A stretch of DNA of 64,000 bases from Mobula hypostoma (Eukaryota). The stretch's first letter is position 1. Each line of letters opens with the position of its first letter. Position numbers and translations under genes: made by a program. Shown piece by piece: positions 1-11,038 of the stretch. The stretch spans positions 59,832,001 through 59,896,000 of the forward strand of contig NC_086108.1 of NCBI RefSeq assembly GCF_963921235.1. Reading direction: 5' to 3'. The notes beneath the pieces were generated by a model, which had not been told where the DNA came from, made no database searches, and worked only from the letters and a program-made list of their open reading frames with translations.

Positions 1-84
1 ACTGGTCTGAGTTAAATTCCATCAGCATTTGTTTGCACACCATCTCTATTAAATTTCCACACCTTTTCTTAGACTTAATGGTGA

Positions 85-370
85 GGTGCCTGGGAGATGT
101 TTTCACAGGCTGGGGAATCTGAATTGAAGATTCACAGTCTCAGATAAAGAGGTAAATCATTTACTACTGGGATGAGAAATTTCACCATCCAAAGGGTCGG
201 GGAGTATCAGTCTTTGGATTCATTAAATAGGAATTTATTCAATTTTGGATATTAAAAGAATCAAGGAATATGGAAACAGCAGAAGAAAATAGCACTAAGG
301 TAGAATATCAAACATATTCTTGAACAGCAAGCTGAGCACTTTTGAAAAGGCAAATGGACTACTTCAATGA
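85..370 (+). mobile_element. Old, degraded CR1 LINE 3' fragment
   Basis: Resembles the CR1 3' ends elsewhere in the window (cacagtctcagataaagagg...gggatgagaaatttc...aagggtcggg); heavily diverged. Confidence 0.5.
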
Positions 371-714
371 TCAAGTTTTGTATTTTTGTTTCAACCCACC
401 CGTGTAGAGCTTCACACTGATGTAAATCAGAAATTCTACACAAAATGCTTCTTCTATTAATTTTAATTTGTTCACAGGTATGGCCAATGTCTTTGGAGCA
501 ATTAAGCTGATGTTGTAGAGTTACATTGTAATTGATTAAACAGTTGATGCTAAAAGACTCAGATCACTCCCGTTATATGAGCAACTAAATGAATCTCTTT
601 CTATTAACAAATAGAAGGGAAATAATTTGCTAACTGTAAATCCGGAAGTTATTTCCCTGGAAGCATTTCCCTCTTGACGAGCAGCTTTTGAAATGACATA
701 ATGTCCATTTATCA

Positions 715-1770
715 CAGAACCAGAATCAGGTTTTATTATTTCTGACATGTGTTGTGTAATTGTTGTTTTGCGGCAGCAATAGAGTACAAGGCATAAAAAA
801 TTACTTTAAATTACAAAAATAAATAAACAGCATGAAAGAGGAATAGCGAGGTAGTGTTCATGGGTTCTTGGAAATCAGAAATCTGAAGGCAGAGGGGAAG
901 AAGCTGTTCCTAAAATATGGGATGTGGACCTTCAGGATCCTGTACCTCATCCCCCGGCTGTAGTAATGAGTAGAGGCCCTGTTTGGTGAAGGTTGGAGGA
1001 GGAGGAGAAGATGGCGACGTGACGGCAGCGCACGCGGCCTCTCCGGTGAATGATATCTGTAATCTGTCAAGTAGGGGACTGTGCACAATTCTGATTTGAT
1101 GGAGATGGACATGAGAGTACGGAGGAATATCCGGAAAACTTCTGAAATGCCCGCTTCGCTGCCGCCGCTACTGTGTGGTATCCGGAATCTCCAGAGCAGA
1201 AGGCCCCAAATCCTTGGCTTTGCTTGTTTCAGTGGCCAGGGCTAGGTCGAAGGCGCTCAGCAGAGGATGGCGCTCAGGAGGCTGTATCGGAGGGGCTGGT
1301 TGGAGGCTTGAAGTTTTCAGATGGACAGTGTCAGCTGTGGTTGGCTGCTTCCAAGGCATCGGCAAGTTGACGGTGTCTGGAGGTTTATGGCAGAGAGTTT
1401 CTCCCTTTTGCCGCCTTCTATCGGGCAATCGGAAGTCAATCAACTCGGGGACTTTGAGACTTTTTTTTACCGTGCCAATGGTTTGTTCTTCATCAAATTA
1501 TGGTATTGCTTTGCATTGCTGTAACTATATGTTATAATTATGTGGTTCTGTCAGTGTTAGTCTTTGGTTTGTCCTGTTTTCTGTGATATTACTCCAGAGA
1601 AACATTGTATCATTTCTTAATGGATTATTGCATTTCTAAATGACAATAAAAAAACAACTGAGTGTTCTGATAATCTAATGCTGGGTCATGAGGCACCGCC
1701 TTTTGAAGATGTCCTCGATAGCTGGGAGGTTTGTTTCCTGTAGTGGAGTTTTCAGAGTCTACAACACTTT
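715..1770 (-). mobile_element. Rex1/Babar-type LINE 3' fragment (715-990 and 1680-1770), split by a younger insert
   Basis: Tail agaatcaggttttatt, then gcagaggggaagaagctgttcc (reverse of the RNSF C-terminal motif), as at 53285-53560; the sequence resumes after 1680. Confidence 0.65.
995..1679 (+). mobile_element. Non-autonomous LINE-derived/SINE-like element, about 690 bp
   Basis: CpG-rich head with AAGATGGCG at 1008-1016; 3' end with AATAAA and a short tail; no RT frame; interrupts the Rex1-type fragment. Confidence 0.6.
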
Positions 1771-1794
1771 TTAATTTTCCAAATGCATCTTCTC

Positions 1795-1930
1795 TCTTTT
1801 ATTTCAATCCTGAAGAGTGGTCTCTGCCTGAGACGTTGACTGTTTATTCATTTTCATAGATGCTTTCTGACCTGCTGAGTTCCCCAGCATTTTGAGTCTG
1901 TTGCTTTGGATTTCCTGCATCTGCATCATG
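1795..1930 (+). mobile_element. Penelope-like 3' terminus fragment with a degenerate hammerhead
   Basis: caatc-CTGAAGA-...-GAGA-cgtt-gactg followed by gatgct...gacctgctgagttcc...gcatctgca, homologous to 4763-4885. Confidence 0.75.
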
Positions 1931-2258
1931 TTTATACTTCAAAGTCCTGTCTACTTCATGTTTCAAAAGGGCTTACTTGGAATCTTCCATATATTATAGA
2001 TCATAATATATAAAACGATGAAAAAATCATTGTGTAACTTTGTTGAGATTAGGAACGACAGTGCCAGGAAATGCAGGAAGATAGAGAAGAAGTGATACAA
2101 GCTTCCTACTACAATTTTAAAAGGATTGTGGTAATAGTGACCATGGTTGCCTGTGTTCACATGTCATTATACTTGAAAAGGCCATTAATGAACGATACAC
2201 AATCTCTGACTTATAAACAGAGCTTAAAAGGCAAAGGAGGACCAATGAAGAGGAGAGC

Positions 2259-4463
2259 TCTCATCCGTGCCGGGTCTTTACCATCCCCTCCGACCTTCAA
2301 CTGTCGGAGGCAGAACGCTCTGTTCTCAGTAAGGGCCTCACGTTTGTCCCCCTTCGCCCACACCTCAGCGAGTTCCGTGTTCGCCATGATGCGGAACTTT
2401 TCTTCCGCCGTCTCCGTCTCCGAGCCTACTTCTTCGGCAAGGACTCTTCCACCCCCACCGATGACCCCTTCTCCCGTCTTCATCCCTCCTCTTCTTCATG
2501 GACACCCCGCTCTGGTCTTCTGCCTGCTCTGGATCTCTTTATTGCCAACTGCCGACGGGACATCAACTGTCTCGACTTCACCGCACCTTGTCCCCATTCC
2601 AACCTCACTCCTTCGGAACGCTCTGCTCTCCGCTCCCTCCGCACTAATCCTAACATTATTATTAAACCCGCTGATAAGGGGGGTGCTGTTGTAGTCTGGC
2701 GTACTGACCTCTACCTTGCTGAGGCACAGCGACAACTCGCGGATACCTCCTCTTATTTACCCCTCGATCGTGACCCCACTAAGGAGCACCAGGCCATTGT
2801 CTCCCACACTATCAACGACTTTATCCGCTCAGGGGATCTCCCATCCACTGCTACCAACCTTATAGTTCCCACACCCCGCACTTCCCGTTTCTACCTCCTA
2901 CCCAAGATCCACAAACCTGCCTGTCCTGGCCGACCTATTGTCTCAGCTTGCTCCTGCCCCACCGAACTCGTTTCTGCATACCTCGACACTGTTTTATCAC
3001 CCCTTGTTCAATCCCTTCCGACCTATGTTCGTGACACTTCTCACGCTCTTAAACTTTTCGATGATTTTAAGTTCCCTGGCCCCCACCGCTTTATTTTCAC
3101 CTTGGATGTCCAGTCCCTATATACTTCCATCCCCCATCAGGAAGGTCTCAAAGCTCTACGCTTCTTTTTGGATTCCAGACCTAATCAGTTCCCCTCTACC
3201 ACCACTCTGCTCCGTCTAGCAGAATTAGTCCTTACTCTTAATAATTTCTCCTTTTGCTCCTCCCATTTCCTCCAAACTAAAGGTGTAGCTATGGGCACCC
3301 GTATGGGTCCTAGCTATGCCTGCCTTTTTGTTGGGTTTGTGGAACAATCTATGTTCCGTGCCTATTCTGGTATCTGTCCCCCACTTTTCCTTCGCTACAT
3401 CGACGACTGCATTGGCGCTGCTTCCTGCACGCATGCAGAACTCGTTAACTTTATTAACTTTGCCTCCAACTTTCACCCTGCCCTCAAGTTTACCTGGTCC
3501 ATTTCTGACACCTCCCTCCCCTTTCTAGATCTTTCTGTCTCTGTCTCTGGAGACAGCTTATCCACTGATGTCTACTATAAGCCTACTGACTCTCACAACT
3601 ATCTGGACTATTCCTCTTCTCACCCTGTCTCTTGCAAAAACGCCATCCCCTTCTCGCAATTCCTCCGTCTCCGCCGCATCTGCTCTCAGGATGAGGCTTT
3701 TCATTCTAGGACGAGGGAGATGTCTTCATTTTTTAAAGAAAGGGGCTTCCCTTCCTCCACTATCAACTCTGCTCTTAAACGCATCTCCCCCATTTCACGT
3801 ACATCTGCTCTCACTCCATCCTCCCACCACCCCACTAGGAATAGGGTTCCCCTGGTCCTCACCTACCACCCCACCAGCCTCCGGGTCCAACATATTATTC
3901 TCCATAACTTCCGCCACCTCCTACGGGATCCCACCACTAAGCATATCTTTCCCTCTCCGCCTCTCTCTGCATTCCGCAGGGATCGCTCCCTACACAACTC
4001 CCTTGTCCATTCGTCCCCCCCATCCCTCCCCACTGATCTCCCTCCTGGCACTTATCCGTGTAAGCGGAACAAGTGCTACACATGCCCTTACACTTCCTCC
4101 CTTACCACCATTCAGGGCCCCAAACAGTCCTTCCAGGTGAGGCATCACTTCACCTGTGAGTCGACTGGGGTGATATACTGCGTCCGGTGCTCCCGATGTG
4201 GCCTTTTATATATTGGTGAGACCCGACGCAGACTGGGAGACCGCTTTGCTGAACATCTACGCTCTGTCCGCCAGAGAAAGCAGGATCTCCCAGTGGCCAC
4301 ACATTTTAATTCCACATCCCATTCCCATTCTGACATGTCTATCCACGGCCTCCTCTACTGTAAAGATGAAGCCACACTCAGGTTGGAGGAACAACACCTT
4401 ATATTCCGTCTGGGTAGCCTCCAACCTGATGGCATGAACATTGACTTCTCTAACTTCCGCTAG
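2259..4463 (+). CDS. Penelope-like reverse transcriptase / GIY-YIG endonuclease polyprotein (734 codons, N-terminus missing)
   Basis: Manual translation shows no stop from 2217 to the TAG ending at 4463. Motifs: SVLSKGLTF, IIKPADKGGAVV, YLLPKIHK, GRPIVS, LDVQSLYTSIP, QTKGVAMGTRMGPSYA, RYIDD, FLD, Cys-rich linker CKRNKCYTC, VIYCVRCSRCGLLYIGET...FAEH...ATHF. Confidence 0.93.
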   Translation, partial: SHPCRVFTIPSDLQLSEAERSVLSKGLTFVPLRPHLSEFRVRHDAELFFRRLRLRAYFFGKDSSTPTDDPFSRLHPSSSSWTPRSGLLPALDLFIANCRRDINCLDFTAPCPHSNLTPSERSALRSLRTNPNIIIKPADKGGAVVVWRTDLYLAEAQRQLADTSSYLPLDRDPTKEHQAIVSHTINDFIRSGDLPSTATNLIVPTPRTSRFYLLPKIHKPACPGRPIVSACSCPTELVSAYLDTVLSPLVQSLPTYVRDTSHALKLFDDFKFPGPHRFIFTLDVQSLYTSIPHQEGLKALRFFLDSRPNQFPSTTTLLRLAELVLTLNNFSFCSSHFLQTKGVAMGTRMGPSYACLFVGFVEQSMFRAYSGICPPLFLRYIDDCIGAASCTHAELVNFINFASNFHPALKFTWSISDTSLPFLDLSVSVSGDSLSTDVYYKPTDSHNYLDYSSSHPVSCKNAIPFSQFLRLRRICSQDEAFHSRTREMSSFFKERGFPSSTINSALKRISPISRTSALTPSSHHPTRNRVPLVLTYHPTSLRVQHIILHNFRHLLRDPTTKHIFPSPPLSAFRRDRSLHNSLVHSSPPSLPTDLPPGTYPCKRNKCYTCPYTSSLTTIQGPKQSFQVRHHFTCESTGVIYCVRCSRCGLLYIGETRRRLGDRFAEHLRSVRQRKQDLPVATHFNSTSHSHSDMSIHGLLYCKDEATLRLEEQHLIFRLGSLQPDGMNIDFSNFR

Positions 4464-4897
4464 GCCCCACCTCCCCCTCGTACCCCATCTGTTACTCTTT
4501 TTAATGCACACATTCTTTCTCTCACTCTCCTTTTTCTCCCTCTGTCCCTCTGAATATACCTCTTGCCCATCCTCTGGGTCACCCCCCCCCCCGTCTTTCT
4601 TCCCGGACCTCCTGTCCCATGATCCTCTCGTATCCCCTTCTGCCTATCACCTGTCCAGCTCTTGGCTCCATCCCTCCCCCTCCTGTCTTCTCCTATCATT
4701 TTGCATCTCCCCCTCCCCCTCCCCCTCCAGCTTTCAAATCCCTTACTCACTCTTCCTTCAGTTAGTCCTGACGAAGGGTCTCGGCCTGAAACGTCGACTG
4801 CGCCTCTTCCTATAGATGCTGCCTGGCCTGCTGCGTTCACCAGCAACTTTGATGTATGTTGCTTGAATTTCCAGCATCTGCAGAATTCCTGTTGTTT
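2260..4897 (+). mobile_element. Penelope-like retroelement (Neptune-type), 5'-truncated, young
   Basis: Intact RT + GIY-YIG frame; C/T-rich 3' region with hammerhead; probable TSD ggagagct at 2252-2259 and 4902-4909. Confidence 0.95.
4763..4800 (+). ncRNA. Minimal type I hammerhead ribozyme
   Basis: tagtc-CTGACGA-a-gggtctcggcct-GAAA-cg-TC-gactg. Stem I is tagtc/gactg, stem II gggt/gcct, stem III a palindromic ACGT. Predicted cleavage after C4795. Confidence 0.85.
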
Positions 4898-6377
4898 AAA
4901 CGGAGAGCTTTGACTACTTCGTGGGATTATGTGCAGGTGAGGGTGAATACATTAAAATATGCATGAGTCAAGAGGAATGTAGCTATTTTCTAGAAAACTA
5001 TTACCTGCCCTCTGGATCTATGATTTCCATTTATTGTCATTTGACTGTGATAAGTCATTTGGAAAAAGCAGATTGGCAAATAAATTCTCCTCAGATCACT
5101 CATTGATTCCTATGTCCATACCTGTGCAGAGATAGTCTTGTCCAGGGGGAAAAGAGATCATTTGAAGGCTGTTTTCTGAAGAAATGGTTACTGTGGGAGA
5201 GGATGATCTATTTTCTTGAGCTCTTTTGGGTGATTCAACCACACTTCACTCCTACCGCTGAGCTGGAGATTGCTACAGTCCCGCAAAGCTGAGCCTGAGA
5301 TATTTGTTGTTCCATTTCTGCAGCATCTAAAATCTACGTGGCTTGTATGGACTCTTTGGATCTGAGCGTGTGACCAAGTCCTGGCTGTTCCATACTTGGA
5401 AGAAGGCATTGCTTCAGTGGTCTCCCATCGCTTCTTCCTGCTTGAGATAGATTCCTTTAATTAGACTGGTTCTTTTGCTGAATCTGCTATGAAAGCCTGC
5501 CAATGCATTGATGTGGTAGGCAACAGGATATATAAATTGTGTAGCTGAAGAAGGCTTGGAGAGGGCTGGAAGCTCTGACACAGACACGCTATTCCTGATT
5601 CCATCTCAACCATCTACCCCTGTCCTTTAGGAGTGTGAAATATTGTATTCCTGTCAATAATACTGATGTTAATTGGACGATACTAGGGGTTATGTCCAGA
5701 GCACTGTCGCAAACATATGCTGTTATCAAGGATGGGTTTTTACATAGGTTTCCTGTTTTATGTGTCACACTGAAGTTTGAGCTCATGACCTGGGCACAGC
5801 TGAGCATTACAACTCTGCAAACTCAGGGACATTTGTCAACTAGGATTGTAATATGAAAGTACAGTGGTGATAGAAGGTATGAACTAGAGCAGGAAAAACA
5901 GTGCTGTTGCAAGTTATAAACATGAAGATGATCAAAATTTAATTTCCCTTGAACTCAGGTCATATTTGGAGTTTGTCTTCTGGAAATAAGATTGTATCTT
6001 ATCAGTGCCCATTCCATATAGCAGAGCTGAAAAATAGGAGACCCAGAAACAAACAGAAGTGGTAACTGAGTTAAAAAGCCACTTACAACTGGGCTCAGTT
6101 TGCTTCAAGACCGAGTTGGCCTGCTCTACGCTCAAAGTTATCATCAAAGCCTAGCTTCAAGAGAAAACTGATAAGTAATTGCAGGGAGAAATATTGCTGG
6201 CCATCATGGAAAGAATGGAGATGTGGGACTAATTGGATAGAGCTTCAAAATTATCTACACCATGTTGTAAATTCAGTAATTCTGTATTTTAAAAATTTTA
6301 CAAAATATTAAATTAAATAAATAGCTTCAATGATTGTTACAGATTTCCAAATTACGTGAACAGGTAATTCTATTCGA

Positions 6378-6720
6378 GGTGGCTTGGTAACGGAGCACTT
6401 AGAACATTGCCTTATCGTGTCAGAGATCACCAATTGGTAGTCATTCTCTTCTGCTGTCTTTAAGGAGTTTGTACGTCCTCCCCGTGACTGTGAAAGTTTC
6501 CTCTGGATATTCTGGTTTTCTTCCTTATTCCTAAAGATGTATGGTTATGGTTAGGGTTAGGGTTATGGCTAAAGAGTTGTGAGCTGGGAGCATGGCAGCA
6601 TTTGTGTTTATGGGCTGGCCCCAGCACAATCCCCAGACTGTGTTTTGATCATTGACGCAAAACGAAGCATTCACTCTATGTTTTGATGTACATCTGACAA
6701 GTAAAGTTAATCTTTTCTTT
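6378..6720 (+). mobile_element. tRNA-derived V-SINE-like element (degraded)
   Basis: Core ggagtttgtacgtcctccccgtgac...tttcctctgg...tctggttttc resembles the V-domain; LINE-like 3' tail. Confidence 0.65.
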
Positions 6721-8004
6721 CTCAGAAGTCCCCATAGCTTTTGAATGAAGAATTAGTTCAATATTTGTAGAACATTTAAAAACTGGAAATTGTTGAAGAA
6801 GATACCAGGATTGCCAAAACTGTAAGTTGATTGACCCAATGGTTGTCAATATTCTCCCTCTAAAAGGCAAAAAGAAAAAGATTGTTACAAGCAAATTTCA
6901 AATGGTCAAATGTTCTTGTAAACATATTGTAAAATAAGTTCTGTCTGCAATCCAATTGTTACTGGAAAACTAAATGCAAATAACTACTTAGCAAAAAGAA
7001 CACTGGAGGCAGTTTCTGTGAAATGTTTCTTGTGTGAATTTTGCAAATAGGTCTGCATACTTTGAATGTGTAAACAGAATAGATGGAGAAAGGCAACCAT
7101 CCAAATCATGACTGTGATTTCAAACCAGTTGGTGTTTTTACTTTACTGAACTCAGTTTGTTGCTGCTAAGAACAGGAAAATGGACTCTCAGTATTTATGA
7201 CACTATTGAAATGTTTTCCCTTTCATTTATTTGAATTACATGCTTTCTTGCAAGAAGATAAATACTAATGTTCATCAAAGAAAATGTTAATGTAATACTA
7301 TACATTTAGTCTGGGAAAGGATCGTAATCACCTGCTACTAAAACATACTTCACATCACTTCCAAGAGCGGTTACTTTCGGTTAAGTATATTTAAGGGAGG
7401 CAGAAACTTTTCCAATTCCTCCTCTCCCGACTTGGCTCCACCAATTCATTCATTTAGCTCTCAAATGTGAAATATATTATTGCACAATGAGCTGTCAGAA
7501 TCTGGATGCATTGTGATGGCTTTAGATTCAATAGTGCTCTTTAAATAGAAGTCTGCATGGATTTGGAGGAGGAAAGGAGGGGTGTGATTAAATGGATTGT
7601 TCTTTGAATGAATTGGCATAATGTAAGGGGGTGAATGCCCTTCTTCTAATATGCGGTATTCGATGATTCTAATATATTCTATTCGTTCAAAAATATCTTT
7701 CCTAGGGATTGTAAAATGAGTCTTATTCTTCTAGCTTTGATAGCTAGTAAAGATTGCTATACTTAGGTGCTTTCATATTTCACTTCATACATCAAAGCCC
7801 TTTGTATGAAGAATTACTTTAGTGGATAGTTCTGCCTAACACCAGCATGAAGTACCTTCAGATCCCCATGAGAAGAAAGCCATATCCAACACAAGTACCA
7901 AAAATAAGAAAAATACATGCAACTTATGAAGACACTTATATCACAAAAAAAAGCTTAACAATCTGCATTCAAGGCAGAAATATCATCAATGTGTAATTGC
8001 TAAA

Positions 8005-8098
8005 TTTTGACTATCTTCCTTTGCCCAGCGAAAAAGCATTTCAGGATGTATATTGTATACATTTCTCTGAAATTAAATTGGACCTTTGAAACTTTGAG
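8005..8098 (+). mobile_element. LINE/SINE 3' tail fragment
   Basis: tttcaggatgtatattgtatacatttct...attaaattggacctttgaa matches the reverse complement of 37247-37310. Confidence 0.55.
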
Positions 8099-9119
8099 AT
8101 GGTCAAATACCCTGAGCTGCTGCACTGGAGCTTTGAAATACACAGAGCAGGTGAAGCTTATGTTAGGAAATCAAGCTGTTGGTGTTGGAGCTTTATGAAG
8201 TATTTTATATAGTGGAACTTTGACATCAAAAAGATTCTTGACAGCAAAATTAAAATACCTTATGCTGGTCTGATTTTTTTTCAGATCTGCTGTTAATTCA
8301 TCAGTTATTGATTTGAAAGAAGTCATATCTTCATAAAGCTGATGTTGATAATGTCGTCTCAGAAAAAAATGTTTGGCTCAGTAAAGTAGCTTGACTAAAA
8401 AACGTTGGGATGAACCGTCTGCACCAAAGATATACTGTAACATATTAGAAATAGAAACAAAACATGATGGAAAAACTCAACAGGACAGGCAATATCTATG
8501 AGGAAATAGTGTTTCAGGTTGAATGAAAACCTTTCATCCAAACTGAGAAATATAAAAAATCAAAATTTTAAGTTGATCTTCAAGAGTGGAGAAATAAAAG
8601 TAAAATTGGAAATGTTCAGCAGGTCCAGGATTTGGAGTTTCTACAATTTTTCTTTGAGCACGTTGTGACAGGCTATGTTCAGAGTCAGACTGCTGTTTAA
8701 AGCAAGTAATATTTCTGGCGTCATCTAATATAAACAGAGAAGTCTAAACCCTCTTTCAGGCTCCTTCGTGGACACAGGATATGGATGAGTGGACATGAAT
8801 GTGAATTTGGCCAGCAGCTGTCAGGGATCTGTGATGGTTGTAATTAATTTCATTCCCCTCAGTTGTTCTTTTAGAGCTGCAAGACCATAAATTCATAAGA
8901 ATTCCACCATCTCCACAGCACCTCCACTTTCTCAAAGTCCTATTTACCTAAGCGAGCTGTCAGAAGAAACTGAATGCTGATAATCAACCCAAATAATCAG
9001 GCCTGAGACCAAACTTCTAAATGGCTGCAGGCTAGCCTTTCCAGAAATCCCCCACTTTCAGGCTTAAACATGAGCCTGAAGAAAATCTTACCACCAAGTA
9101 TTTCTCTTCTTCCTCTCCC

Positions 9120-9890
9120 CCCGCCCCCCACCTCCACTTTCCACTCCCTCTGTGATTCCCTTGTCCATCCCCACTAACCTCCCTCTTGGCACTTAGCCCT
9201 GCAAGCAGCTAAATTACCTACCGAATCACCTTCCTCTCACCTCCATTCAGGGCCCCAAACAATCCTTCCTGGTGATTCACCTGTGAATCTGTTGGGGTCA
9301 TTAATTGTGTCTAGTGCGCCTGATATGGTCTCCTCCACATTGTTAATTGGGGGACTGCTTCGTTGAACACCTCCGGAGTGGAACTTCCCAGTGGCCAAGC
9401 ATTTTAGTTCTGATTCCCATCCCTGTTCTGACTTATCAGTCTGTGGCCTCCTTATGTGCCACAATGAGGCCACCCTCATGGTGGAGGAGCAATACCTCAT
9501 ATTTCATCTGCGTAGCCTCAACCTAATGGCATAAATATCGATTTCTCCTTCCGAAAAAAAAATACCCTTCCCCTCCCCTCTTATTCTATTCCCCCATACT
9601 GGCCCCTTACCTCTTTTTTCCTGCCTGTCACCTGCCCCTGGATCCCTCTGGATCCCCTTTCTCCTATGGTCCACTTTCCTCTCCTATCAGATTCCTTCCT
9701 CTTTAACCCTTTACCTATCCTACCCACCTGACTTCACCTATCACCTTCAAGCTGTCCTCATTCCATTCCCCCACCTTTTTAATCTAGTCCTGAAGAAGGG
9801 TCTCGGCCTGAAAGGTGACTGTTTTTCCATTTCCATAGACGCTGCCTGACTTGCTGAGTTACTTCAGCATTTTGTGAGTGTTGCTGAAGA
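9120..9890 (+). mobile_element. Older Penelope-like 3' fragment (degraded GIY-YIG region and terminus)
   Basis: Homologous to 3950-4860 (ccattcagggccccaaacaatccttcc; ggtggaggagcaatacctcatattt); hammerhead remnant at 9785-9821. Confidence 0.85.
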
Positions 9891-11038
9891 AATTCTGTTG
9901 TTTTAAGTGTAAATAACCAATTATTGGAAAGAAATTCAAGTCTATTGGTGAGTAGTCCAGAAAGGAAACATTCTCCAGTAGTACCCAATTCTTATCATGA
10001 CAGACTCCAGATTTAGGGCAGATGCTTCAATGAAACTTTGTATTCAGTTAGATCTATGGAATATCAAGAGACTAGTGCAGATACAGTGATGAGGGATCTA
10101 AATGTAATTGTGGATTGGATTGAGCATGATCTGACCCATTGTAAAGGTATCTCGGCTCATCCTAATGTGCTTTGGAATTCTTTAATTAGAGTCTACGTAT
10201 ATTCACTTTGTTTAGTGTGGGCATGGCTCACATCCAAGGGAAGCAGGGAATATACTTGGATTATAGAGGAATATCAATTTATGGGGAACAGACAGTTTAA
10301 AGTTCAAAGTTCAATGTAAAACTTATTATCAGAGTACATACATGTCACCACATACAACTCTGAGATTTGTTTTACTGCTGGAATACTTTGTAAACTATAG
10401 AACAGTAATAGTAAACAGGATCAATGGACAACAAACATATATATGCAAATATAAACAAATAACGAGCATGAAATAACAAGATAAAGAGTCCTTAAAGTGA
10501 GACCATCGGTTGTGGGAACACCAGAAGTAGACCAAAAGACATAAACATAGGAACAGAATTAGGCCATTCAGCCCATCGAGTCTGCTCCGCCATTCCATCA
10601 TGGCTGATCCTGGATCCCATTCAACCCCATATACCTGCCTTGTCACCATATCCTTTGATGCCCTGACCAATCAGGAAACTATCAACTTCTGCCTTAAATA
10701 TACTCACAGACTTGGCCTCTACCATAGTCTGTGGCCGAGCATTCCAAAGTTTCACTACTCTCTAGCTAAAAAATTCCTCCTTATCTATGTTCTAAAAGGT
10801 CCTCCTCAATTTTAAGGCTGTGCCCTCTAATTCTGGATACCCCCACAATAGGAAACATCCTCTCCACATCGACCCTATCTAGACCTTTCAACATTCATAG
10901 AATATAGAACATAGAATAGTACTGCTCAGTACAGGCCCTTCAGCCCAATTTGTTGTGCCGACCCTCAGACCCTGCCTCCCATATAACCCCCGACCTTAAA
11001 TTCCTCCATATACCTGTCCAGTAGTCCCTTAAATTTCA

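Noticed and set aside
2071..2694. 207-aa ATG-initiated ORF as the Penelope N-terminus
   Set aside because: It is in a different frame from the RT and begins in flanking DNA.
4460..4846. 128-aa antisense ORF (MLVNAAGQAAS...) recurring at 38700-39092 and 58649-58933
   Set aside because: It is the purine-rich reverse strand of the Penelope terminus. Recurrence reflects recent copying, the C-termini differ by frameshifts, and the start is not ATG.
6545..6570. ttagggttaggg telomere-like hexamers
   Set aside because: Only two perfect units, inside a SINE; not an interstitial telomeric array.
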